Below, piece by piece: positions 24,616 to 34,589 of a DNA stretch of 64,000 bases. Under the pieces are notes generated by a model. The model was not told where the DNA came from. It worked only from the letters and a program-made list of their open reading frames with translations, and made no database searches. The DNA is from Azolla caroliniana. Lineage: Eukaryota > Plantae > Polypodiophyta. A program made the position numbers and the translations under genes. Each line of letters opens with the position of its first letter. Position 1 is the stretch's first letter. Location: NCBI GenBank assembly GCA_043228905.1, contig JBHGNT010000018.1:2728001-2792000 (forward strand), given 5' to 3'.

Positions 24616-24671
24616 AGAGGGCTGCCAAGGCGTGGGGCCGCGACAGTCCGGACACCCCGGGAAAACCCCAC
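24606..24671 (+). promoter_or_regulatory. -1 ribosomal frameshift signal: G_GAT_TTT, 6-nt spacer, stem-loop or pseudoknot
   Basis: Heptamer directly before the ORF1 stop; the -1 frame is open from here into pol; conserved in A (2572-2578). Confidence 0.8.
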
Positions 24672-27600
24672 ACCTGTACGATAAAACCGAAGAAACCTTG
24701 TACCATAGGTAGGGAATTTTTGTTCTCCGACAACGGAGCGTGTACGATAGTCGGCATCGGTGGCCGAGAGAAGACAAAGGCGGAGGGGAGACTTCGAGCG
24801 TGCGGAGTTCTCGGCCCGGACGAGGAAATCAACGGAGCCGTGGAGGCGGTCTCATTCGACGACACCATGGGAATGCTGGAAAAGGTAGTCGAAGAAGGCC
24901 TTAACGAAGACCGGACGATACCGGTGTGTTCCGAGGAGATGTACGAAGTCATCGCGGACTTCGGTCGAGGGCTCGAGTCAGTTCGGACGGCCCACGTAAG
25001 CACCAAGTACAAGACTGTGGACCGGAAGGTAAGGCCAGTCGCGGCACCCTTACCGGAGGACAGCGCGTCGAGAATCAAAGGGGTTGCATCGGACCCTAGT
25101 CTACGAGATCCGGCCTGCATAGGGCACACCTTCACCGACGAGATGCTCCGAGAGCTCAAAATCGGTGGGGGCGGGTTCCTACTGCCGGCGGAGGAAGACC
25201 GGTTTCGGAGGATGCTCGGAAGGCACGGGAAAGCCTTCGCATTCTCACCGGAAGAAATCGGGTGCGTAGACCCGACGATCGTAGAGCCGATGATGATATT
25301 CACGGTACCGCATGTACCGTGGAATCTCAAGCCAATTCCGGTTCCGAGAGCTCACATCCCGAAGTTGATGGAGTTGTTGAAGCAGAAAGTTGAGATGGGC
25401 ATTCTCGAGCCGTCGAGCGCCCCGTACTCGAACCGGTGGTTTACCGTGCCAAAGAAAAACGGATCATTGCGCTTCATTCAGGACCTGCAACCGGTCAATA
25501 GGGTGACCATCCGGAACGCAGGGATCGGACCGACCGTAGACGAGTTCGCGGAGGCCTTCGCCGGAAGGTCGATTTACTCGGTCGGTGATCTATATTCAGG
25601 GTACGACCAATTCCAGCTAGCCGTGGAGAGCAGAGACATTACGACGATGCGAACTCCCCTCGGCCTAGTTCGGATGTGTACACTGCCGCAAGGAGGGACC
25701 AACTCGGTGGCCCACATGGTGAATGCGATGAACAAGGTTCTGAAGGACTGTATCCCGGACATCACCATGCCGTTTCTGGACGACATCCCGATCAAGGGAT
25801 GCCCGGTGGAAGAAAAGGACGAGACGATCGGGCCGGACGGATGCCGGCGATTCGTGGCGACGCACATCGACGACTGCGAGAAGGTGCTGCAAAGGCTAGA
25901 GGATGCGAGACTCACCTTCTCGGGGGAGAAGTCAGCATTCGGGCAGTCGGAAATCATGGTGGTCGGACATTTATGTGGACCATATGGCCGGAAACCGTCT
26001 CCGGCAAAGATAGAAGCCATCTCCGCGATGAAGCCTGAATGCAGCTCGGTCACGGAAGTACGACGATTCTTGGGAGCATGCGCCTTCTACCACATATGGA
26101 TCCCGCATTACGCGCACGTCGCGGAGCCACTGTACGGGTTGCTGAAAAAGGGGCGAAGGTTCGAATGGCTAGACGAGCACGCGGAATCGGTCCGGAAGCT
26201 GAAAGAGGCCCTTGCAGCGGCACCGGCACTCCGGAAGGCGGTTTACGGGAAGGGTACCCCGGTATTCATAACGGTGGATACCAGTCCGACCGGGATCGGA
26301 TGGGTCGTGAACCAGGAAGACGAGGACGGCAATCGGTTCCCGATCCGATTCGGCGCGAAAGTCCTCAGTGAACGGCAGCGAGGATACGCCCAGGTTAAAC
26401 GCGAACTCTGGGGTATTGTTTCGGCGGTTAAGGCCGACAAAGACTACCTGATAGGGACGGAAGTGATCATCGAGACGGATTGCCTGCCGATCCTCGGAAT
26501 GGTTTCCGGATGCGCGACTCCGGACCTGGCGATGCTCAGGTGGATAGCGTACATCAAGTCCCTGGACCCGGAAATACGACACATTTCCGGAAAAGACAAC
26601 GCCATGGCCGACATGCTTTCGAGGGCGAGGTTCGACGACGAGGGCGGCATGGTTTCGGAAGACGAAGAAGTCGGCGTGGATTTCTTCGAGGCGGCATACA
26701 TAACGACCGACGGGGTGAGCACTCCGGCGCTTAACGAGTTCGACGCGAGCAAGTACGACGGGGAGTGGCTGCAGATCGGCGGGTTTTTGAAGACAATGAC
26801 GCCCGATGCGTCATGGACAAAGGACGAGGCCAACCGGATCCGGAAGAAAGCATATCGATTCTTTCTCCGAGATGGGCATCTATGGAAGCACCCGAAGAAG
26901 AGGGACGGCGTCCCGCTCCGGGTGGTGGTGATGAAGGAGGTACAGGAGGAGCTGCTGGCGGCCTACCACGACAGCCCTTGGGCTGGACACTGTGGAACGT
27001 GGGCGACGTTTGAGAAGCTGAAGGGGAAGTACTGGTGGCCGGGGTTGTACCGGGACGTGCATCGGTTCGTGTCAACTTGCGAGAGTTGTCAGATGCACTC
27101 GGTAGTCCGACACCGGGACGGGCTTCACCCTACGTACCCTCCGACTATCCACTTCAAATGGATGGTAGATCTGGTGACGATGCCGATGGGGGTAGGACAG
27201 ATGCGGTATCTAGTCCTAGCGCGGGAAGACCTGACGAACCAGGTGGAAGGCCGGGCCCTTCAGAACAAGACGACCGCGGCCGTGTGTCGGTTCCTAGTCG
27301 AGGACGTGATATGCCGGTACGGGTGCGTCGGGAAGATCGTGGCTGACCGAGGGGAGTTGGACGCCGAAGAGGCCGCGGAGCTGTTCGACCGGCTTGGAGT
27401 CAAGCTCTCGCTCACCACTGCGTACAATCCGGAGGCGAATGGGAAGGTGGAGCGCGGACACGGACCGATCGTCAAGGCGTTGATTCGGGCATGCGGAGGC
27501 CGAGTCGGTAACTGGCCGCAGCTGCTACCTTATGCTTTGTGGGCCGACCGGACTACGCACAGTTCGGTAACCGGGTACATGCCGACAGAGCTCATGTTCG

Positions 27601-28103
27601 GCCAGAAGCCGATCATGCCGATTGAACGGACGATCTCCTCGTGGGCAACGGTCGACTGGAGGGACGAGATGAGCCGGGAGGAGTTGTTGGTCGCACGTAT
27701 ACGACAGCTCGAGCGGAGGCCGGAGGACGTGGCACTGGCTACGGAGAAGCTCCGGGTGGCGAGGACGAAGAACAAAGCCCGGTTCGACCGAACGCACCGG
27801 CTACGACCGAAGAAAATCGAAGAAGGTGACTGGGTGCTCGTCTACGACAGCAGCCTCGACAACCAGCACCGAGCCACACGGAAGTTCGCACGAAGGTGGT
27901 TCGGGCCTTACGTGGTACGGAGCGCCAATGACAACGGGACATATCACCTGGCGGAACTTGACGGCACGAGAATGGCGATACCGGTTGCAGGGAAGCGGAT
28001 CAAAGCGTTCAAGAAGCGACACGACGACGAGCCAGACCCGGCTCTCCTGGTCGGCAGTGACGAACGATCCGAAAATGAAGAAGAACCGACGGGCGAGGAA
28101 TGA
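24606..28103 (+). CDS. pol: D ORF2: Pol (RT, RNase H, integrase), reached by -1 frameshift
   Basis: Open frame of >1127 aa; FLDD, RNase H DTS/ETDC, HHCC zinc finger, DDE core, WFGPY; no chromodomain. Confidence 0.95.
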   Translation, partial: GFLKRAAKAWGRDSPDTPGKPHTCTIKPKKPCTIGREFLFSDNGACTIVGIGGREKTKAEGRLRACGVLGPDEEINGAVEAVSFDDTMGMLEKVVEEGLNEDRTIPVCSEEMYEVIADFGRGLESVRTAHVSTKYKTVDRKVRPVAAPLPEDSASRIKGVASDPSLRDPACIGHTFTDEMLRELKIGGGGFLLPAEEDRFRRMLGRHGKAFAFSPEEIGCVDPTIVEPMMIFTVPHVPWNLKPIPVPRAHIPKLMELLKQKVEMGILEPSSAPYSNRWFTVPKKNGSLRFIQDLQPVNRVTIRNAGIGPTVDEFAEAFAGRSIYSVGDLYSGYDQFQLAVESRDITTMRTPLGLVRMCTLPQGGTNSVAHMVNAMNKVLKDCIPDITMPFLDDIPIKGCPVEEKDETIGPDGCRRFVATHIDDCEKVLQRLEDARLTFSGEKSAFGQSEIMVVGHLCGPYGRKPSPAKIEAISAMKPECSSVTEVRRFLGACAFYHIWIPHYAHVAEPLYGLLKKGRRFEWLDEHAESVRKLKEALAAAPALRKAVYGKGTPVFITVDTSPTGIGWVVNQEDEDGNRFPIRFGAKVLSERQRGYAQVKRELWGIVSAVKADKDYLIGTEVIIETDCLPILGMVSGCATPDLAMLRWIAYIKSLDPEIRHISGKDNAMADMLSRARFDDEGGMVSEDEEVGVDFFEAAYITTDGVSTPALNEFDASKYDGEWLQIGGFLKTMTPDASWTKDEANRIRKKAYRFFLRDGHLWKHPKKRDGVPLRVVVMKEVQEELLAAYHDSPWAGHCGTWATFEKLKGKYWWPGLYRDVHRFVSTCESCQMHSVVRHRDGLHPTYPPTIHFKWMVDLVTMPMGVGQMRYLVLAREDLTNQVEGRALQNKTTAAVCRFLVEDVICRYGCVGKIVADRGELDAEEAAELFDRLGVKLSLTTAYNPEANGKVERGHGPIVKALIRACGGRVGNWPQLLPYALWADRTTHSSVTGYMPTELMFGQKPIMPIERTISSWATVDWRDEMSREELLVARIRQLERRPEDVALATEKLRVARTKNKARFDRTHRLRPKKIEEGDWVLVYDSSLDNQHRATRKFARRWFGPYVVRSANDNGTYHLAELDGTRMAIPVAGKRIKAFKKRHDDEPDPALLVGSDERSENEEEPTGEE

Positions 28104-29267
28104 AGACGGGCCGGTTTTCTCTGTCCCAACTCTCTTGGCGCATACCGGAGGATGCGCGGTTAGGTGGGGGCGGATGTCGTGAAGAAAACCGTCCATAGGC
28201 GGAATCGGCGCACCAAGGCGTGGGAACCGGTTCTTCACGCGCGCACGCTCCGAGTTGTACATAGAAACGAATTGAGAGGATAATCGGCAGGAACGGGCCC
28301 TAACTCAAGTGGAGACAAAGACCGCGCGAACAGTCTTTTCGGTCGCGCGCGCGAACTGTACGAGTCGGCGGCGTAACTACGCGGATCCGTGAAAAACGGA
28401 GCGGATCCCTGTCCAAAAGGGACAGGGAATAAAGCTGACACAACGGCCTGTTCGTCGGCCTATATAAGGAGCGGGAAAGAGCTGTTGCAGGGATCTCGCG
28501 CGGAGAGGACGAAGTGCTGCCGAACCGATTTCGGAGCTTCTCTCTCACTCCTGCTTTCTCTGTCTTCTGCTCCATCGCGTACCCGTGCAGGTTTCGAGGA
28601 GGCTTGCGCTGTTCCGTGGAACGCCCCGAGTGCGTCCTGCGGCACCTCCGACCTGTTTTACCTTTCTGTGCGTCGCGACATACAGGGGTCGGCAGCTGTT
28701 CGCCGCCCTGTTCGTTTTCGTTAGTATCTATTTTGTGCCCCACCGTGGGTTGTAATACTTTAGTCTGCTATTTTTCTTGTATTCATAAGTACATATCTTT
28801 CGTTGTTGCGTCCATCTGCGTCGGCGTTTATTTGTGGTCTCTGTTTGTTGGGCCGTGTCCCTGTGCAATTGCCGGTTCTGCGCAATCGGATCTTCGGTTC
28901 TGTGTAATCGGGTCTCTCTCTCTTACTCCTCTCTCTCTTGCTCTTCGGTCCAAGACCCCCGTGGTCCCTCCTCCTTTCTACACGCAAGGGCGTAGTAACC
29001 CCGACAACGTACTACTACGCTTACGTATCCGAGACACAGACACTGAATTAGTCGCAGCTATACACAGAAACTCAGAGAAGATAGTATTTTATTATTAGGC
29101 ATTGTTTTACATTTCCCAAAAATTACACGCACCTCCTTAAGAGGTTTTCTGCCCTTTATATATGCAGGGTCTAATTAGCCGTTCACGCGTGAACTGTTAC
29201 ATACGTTACGCTTATATAGTTTCTTATTCCTACGCTTTTGGCCGTCGGTTACTATTCCGCCGGACAA

Positions 29268-29511
29268 TTGTGTGTGTGTGTGTGTGCAGGCGTCGGAGCC
29301 TGTCACTCGTCGGCTTGCCGGTTGTAACTCCTTGGTTTATATATACATATACGTTCGTTTTGTCTCCATTGTTCAACTCCTGTGAATGTGTGTCTGTGCA
29401 CGTGCGAAGTACATTGGTAGCTTCCTTCCCCTCTTCTCATTCGGTTATTTCTCAGTCCAAGGCCCCCGTGGTCCCGCCTCGTTCTCCACGCACGCGCGTA
29501 ACAACGTGACA
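29268..29511 (+). repeat. A 3' LTR, right part
   Basis: Resumes in (TG)n after the TSD TTGTG; ends GGCCCCCGTGGTCCC...CGTGACA. Confidence 0.85.
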
Positions 29512-29552
29512 ACGCGTGCATGAACGGACTGCGTGGGATGGAGACCGGAAAC

Positions 29553-31113
29553 AAGATCGCGTGTTGTGTAAGTCGAGAAATACTCTCTCAACGGAGTTAT
29601 GTGGAACGATGCCCCGGAATCGATCACCGAAGTGCATTCTTCACTTTCAGGATTTGCACTTGTCTGCTCACAAATGAACAACAGTTCTTCATTGCTCGTA
29701 GCAATGGCCAAAGTGTTCTTCTCATCAGGAATCTTCATGGTTTCAACATTGTTTCCGACACTCTTATCTCTTCTGATGTGTCGACAATCCTTCTAGAAGT
29801 GTCCATGTTTTCCGCAATAGAAGCACACAGGCTTACCTCTGGACTTCGATGTAGCGTGGGACTTTTCTCTCCTTGGTGAACTTCTTTGCCAGTTCCTTCC
29901 TCTATCTGAATGTTGTCTTACATTCGACTCCGACTGAGCTAGGACTCCCTTGTCCTTCCTTCTTGCCTCCTCATTTAGGATGCTTGTCTTCATCGTTTGT
30001 AGAGACAAGTTCTCTTCTTGACAAGAGGTGCTGAGAGTAACCACTAGGTTCTCCCAGCTATCCGGCAGTGTGCACATCAACAAAATGGCCTCACATCATC
30101 CAGGGGGAACTTAGTTGCAGCAAGTTGGTTTACATACCCCATGAATGTGCTGATGTGTTCGATGATGCTCTCACCGTCTCTGTATTTCACCCGTACGATC
30201 TTTCTCATCAGTGAGGTTTTATTGAGCGCATTCTTCCTCTCATATAGGCCTGACAGCTTCTGCCACATCTCGTGGGCATTTGTGTCGTTCGCTACATGTT
30301 GCAAGACACTTACATCGACGCATTGTCAGATGGTGGCCACCGCCTTTTTGTTAAGAAGTTTCCAATCCAACTCCAATACCCCCTGGGTATATTTGCTCTG
30401 TCGACTGGCTCATACAGGTCTTTTACTATGAGTAAGTTCTCCATCTTTATCCTCTAGTTGGCATAGTTCTGTGAGTTTAGAACTATCATACCTGGGAAAC
30501 CGCTCACACCTCCTTCCATGCTTGCACCTCAAGCTCTGATACCAGATTGTTGAGAAATGGTTCGGTCAAATCTCAATAAGCGAACTATGCTGAAATACGA
30601 ATCACAGATATGCCAGAAAATAGAACAATGGTGCACAGAGATTTAACGTGGAAACCCTATAACGGGAGAAAACCACGGGAACAGAGCTTCACTATGTGTA
30701 GTGGATATACAACACAAAATGTTACAACATTCCTTCGAGTGTATCAGCCACACAAGGCTCTTGGCGTCTGCTATTACGCACACAACTATAGCGCCGCTCT
30801 CACTCACTCTCTGTCTCACACGCTCACGTGCTACTTCTGTTCTACTCACACACGCACCCGTTTGCCCTAAATGTATTTATACTAATACATTGTATGGGCT
30901 ATTTACACATGTAGTCCCTACTACATATTATCACTATTATTATCATTACAATAATAATAATCAACCTATTTGAAAAAAGCCAGTTGACTCTTTTTTCGAC
31001 TCTTCAGTTGTGGACTATTTCCGAATTGTCGGTTCTTCCCTGTCTTCTACTGTTGGCTCTCCTTGGTCCGATCAGTTGGCTTCTCCTCCCACTAGAGGGA
31101 CATATTCCCAACA
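29553..31113 (-). mobile_element. Copia fragment E (Tork-like): 5' LTR 30548-31113, PBS Met-i, degraded gag-PR
   Basis: TGGTATCAGAGC at 30533-30544 (minus); CFYCGKHGHF; VIDSGASFH; homologous to I and K. Confidence 0.85.
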
Positions 31114-32520
31114 CGATCGTCTTGTCTTTCCAGCATCTTCACCCATACCTTCATGGTGGACAAGTTACAGTTGAGACTGACCACCATCCCTTGCTTTCTC
31201 TTATCCATCGACCTCACCCCCCTGGCCTCTTGTTGCGATGGACGCTGGCACTCCAAGAATATCAATTTACCCTCTCCTATCAAAAAGATGCAACCAATTT
31301 GGTTACTGATAGTCTCTCTCACGCCGGCTTCCAGGCTGTCCAATTTCTCCTTGAGACATCCAATCTTCCGCTACCATTGCCACAACTAGCTACACTTCAA
31401 CAACACGACCCCACCATCCAAAAGATAACCCATCAATTGTGCTCCCTCCAACCGTTTCCCTCACAACGACAGTTCATGCTCTGCAAAACTTGGTGTTCTT
31501 CATTCAAGCGCATCACGCCTTGTCTCTACATCCCTCCTGCCCTACAACAATAACAATAAATTATGCTTGAAGTATTACTAGCCCAACATGCAACACTCTG
31601 TCTCTACCTACATAAAACAATGTGCTTTGTGTCAACACATCAAACTTGGAGGCTAGCTAGCTGGAACGGTCCAACCCATCACCATCACATCACCTTTCGA
31701 GCTGGTCGGATGGGATTTCATGGGACCTTTTCCCGAAATCCTGAGGGGCAACATGTATATCCTGGTCATAACAGAATACCTCACCAGGTGGGTTGAAATT
31801 GTTGTCATCCCCGATGTCATTGCGCCAACAATTGCCTCCCAACTCTTGCAGAAGGTAATTTTTCAACATGGTTGCCCTGTCCAACTCTTATCTGATGAGG
31901 CCTGCCAATTCCATGGCGATGTCCTCAATGTTGTCGCAACTCAACTAGGTGTCCAACATGTGTGTACGTCCCCGTACCATCCGCAAACAAATGGCCTCAC
32001 TGAACGCCTCAACAAGAGCCTCAAGTAGGAGATTTCCGCTTACATCTATCCATGCCACAAAACCTGGGATCAAATGTTGCCTTTTGTCACCCACGCCTAC
32101 AAGACATCCATACAAGCATCAACGCATATCAACCATTTTCGAGTACTCTATGGGCGCGACCCTCGGCTCCCACCAGAATCATCCATTGACGTCCATTCCA
32201 AACCTGCCAACATGGATAATGCCACTTGGGGGCTCTATCTCCAACAAATGCTCCCCCTCCTTCGACAAGCCAGCTCCCGAAATCTACAAGTTGCACAACA
32301 ACGTCAGAAGCGACGCTACAACGTGGGTCGAATTACCCCGACTTATGCTGATGGAACCAAAGTCCTTGTTTACTTCCCAGACGGTGGTGCGGTCTCAGCG
32401 AATCCCTCATGCACCAATGGATCGGTTCATTCTCCGTAGTTCGCGCCATCAAATCCACTTACTTGCTCTGATGTGATTCCAACGACCGATTCACCTCCGC
32501 CCATGTTGCTTGTATCTGTC
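31114..32520 (+). pseudogene. pol: Old Gypsy RNase H-integrase remnant F
   Basis: YLHGGQVTVETDHHPL; DFMGPFP..LLSD..YHPQTNGLTERLNK; possible PPT and LTR start near 33045-33060. Confidence 0.8.
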
Positions 32521-32571
32521 GTGACTTGAGAATAGGAGAGAGAAAAATAAGATGACTGTAGAAGGTAGAGG

Positions 32572-32573
<2 letters not shown>

Positions 32574-32608
<35 letters not shown>
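32574..32608. repeat. (GA)n microsatellite in an AT-rich LTR-like remnant (~32527-32904) with repeated TTCTAGAA palindromes
   Basis: Directly visible; the LTR boundaries have no matching TSD. Confidence 0.7.
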
Positions 32609-32611
<3 letters not shown>

Positions 32612-33309
32612 ACTAGAAATGGAAAGAGAGTTTATATTATAAGAGAGCAAGGATTACAAAGAGTAGGCTAAGGGGCTACAAACTGGTGTTGAACCGAATG
32701 AGTTGTGATGAATGAATAGACACCTATTTATAGGTCCTTATGGAGTATTCTAGAATGTTCTAGAATATTTTAGATATTTATGATATTTAATATAATCATG
32801 GAATATCCTAGAATGTTCTAGAATACTCTAAATGTCTTGTAATAACTAATAATACATTATAACTATACATCATATATGTTAGTATAATGGTTAAAGGTCT
32901 AACATATAGACCAAGACGTCTTGGGCTCGAATCCTTGTAAGGCCAAAATGTATGTCGTCATGACAGTATCAAGCCCTACACTACCCCAAGCCTATCTTCT
33001 AGTACCCCTCCTTTCCCCATGGTGTAAAACTCCTTGTTTTTCTTAGAGGGGAAATGTGGTGTCCCTTTCGTGCGAGTGAATGCCTTTTAGCACACCACTA
33101 GTTTTAGCCCACCCTTTTAGCACACCCTTTTGGGACGCATGTAGCTAGGCCGGCCCAAAATGGGTACCTTTGTATCTTCTATAAATTGAACGATAAGTAA
33201 GAAGCTAGGCAAGTTGGTTGGGTTTCCTTTTATGTGGATTTCACAATATAACAAAGAGGACTTTGACAATAAAAAGGGGATATTTTACTTCACATTAAAA
33301 AGTAGACTT

Positions 33310-33580
33310 AGAGTAATAATATTTTTATAATGGATGTAAAACTTAATCGTATTTGTTTTATTTTTAATAAATAAATAAAAGGTTCAATAATTCCCCACTT
33401 TTTACTCTCCCACAAAATTTGATATTTTTATTTGTCATTAAAAAGGGAACCTCACACTAATAATATTTTTATAATAGATATAAAACTTAAAAGTATTTGT
33501 TTTGTTTTTCATAAAACAATGAATAAATAAATAAAAAGTAAAAAAATAAAAGGTTCATTGATTTCCCACTTTTTACTCTT
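33310..33580. repeat. Imperfect AT-rich tandem duplication (~150-170 bp)
   Basis: TAATATTTTTATAAT..AAACTTAA..AAAGGTTCA..CCCACTTTTTACTCT occurs twice. Confidence 0.7.
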
Positions 33581-34039
33581 CCTCGCATTTGCGAATGTTT
33601 CAATCATTCGTGTAAGAAAAATGCCCTCAAAGAATGATAAATACCATACTTTTGGATTAACTATTTATTATGTGGTAAATAAGCCTAAAAAATGAATAAA
33701 AAACATTAAAAAAACATTTTAAAAATGGGGAAAAAACAAAAAAAAACACAAGAATGTTTTAATAACATTCTCATTCGTTTTCCAACGTAGGAAAACGAAT
33801 GTAATGTTAGACGAACACAAATTTTACGTACTATGGATGGGTGTATGTATGTATGTATATATGGATGGATGGATGGATGGATGAATGGATGCGATGTGTC
33901 TAAATACCTCCAAAAATTGAAGAGGGTAAGTGAGGGAATCATGAAGAGGGACGGTGCAGGTCACTCAACCGAGTGCGCATGCGATCTACACCATCCGATG
34001 CAGAATAAATTACGCTCATAGAAATGGTCACTTATTGGG

Positions 34040-34300
34040 GAGCCCGACTATGAGCCCCGCTCACTTATCAAGAGCCCGACTAGGAGCCCTGCTCATTAAT
34101 CAAGAGTCGGGCTAGGAACCCTACTCATTAATGAGCAGTGACTATAAAAACCCTGAGAAAGTCATTTTGAACCTATTTTGAAAACAACGTATTAGGGTAT
34201 TTGGAGGGAAGAATCAGAGAGGAGCACCACTTTCCACCATAATTAGAGAGGCACACCACTTTCCGCCAAAATCAGAGAGAGGAGCACCACTTTCCGCCGG
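34040..34300. repeat. Short tandem repeats: ~32-bp GAGCCCGACTA..CTCA x3 and ATCAGAGAGGAGCACCACTTTCC x3
   Basis: Directly visible; resemble subterminal repeats of a DNA transposon (inference). Confidence 0.6.
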
Positions 34301-34589
34301 AGAGCACTTCCCAACCACCTACCATCCTCATTCGATCAGCAAAACGAAAGCGATAGTAGGTATGTATTTTGATGGTTATTTCTATTTTTTACATCATTAT
34401 CTCTTTTCTTTTCATTTACATTTGATCACATGGTTCCATATTCTAACATGGCAAGAGACTTAGTTGTTCCATTTTTCAAATGTGTCAATACATGCATTGT
34501 TATAATTTCACCATCAATATGAAGAAATGTTGAATAAGAAACAACAGGTCATTTTCTCTATGCTTCGATCTCTTGCACTTCTCGTCACC

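Larger units (their letters stand above)
21614..29006 (+). mobile_element. Element D: intact, very recent Ty3/Gypsy LTR retrotransposon
   Basis: 832-bp LTRs 21614-22445 and 28175-29006 appear identical; 4-bp TSD ACGT; PBS; PPT 28162-28174; two open ORFs. Confidence 0.97.
12651..29267 (-). mobile_element. Element C: full-length but degraded Athila/Tat-like Gypsy element with extra 3' ORF; 5' LTR split by D
   Basis: 3' LTR 12651-13062; 5' LTR 21441-21613 plus 29007-29267; TSD TTGTG; PBS TGGCACGCTTGGTG (minus strand, 21423-21436). Confidence 0.92.
898..29511 (+). mobile_element. Element A: degraded Ty3/Gypsy LTR retrotransposon (D family), 5' end outside the window, interrupted by B and by C(D)
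   Basis: gag-PR-RT-RH-INT fragments collinear with intact D; PPT AGGTGGGGGCGGA at 12202-12214; 3' LTR split 12215-12650 and 29268-29511. Confidence 0.9.

Noticed and set aside
34030-34330. Complete DNA transposon (CACTA/MULE)
   Set aside because: Subterminal-like repeats only; no TIR pair, TSD or transposase found
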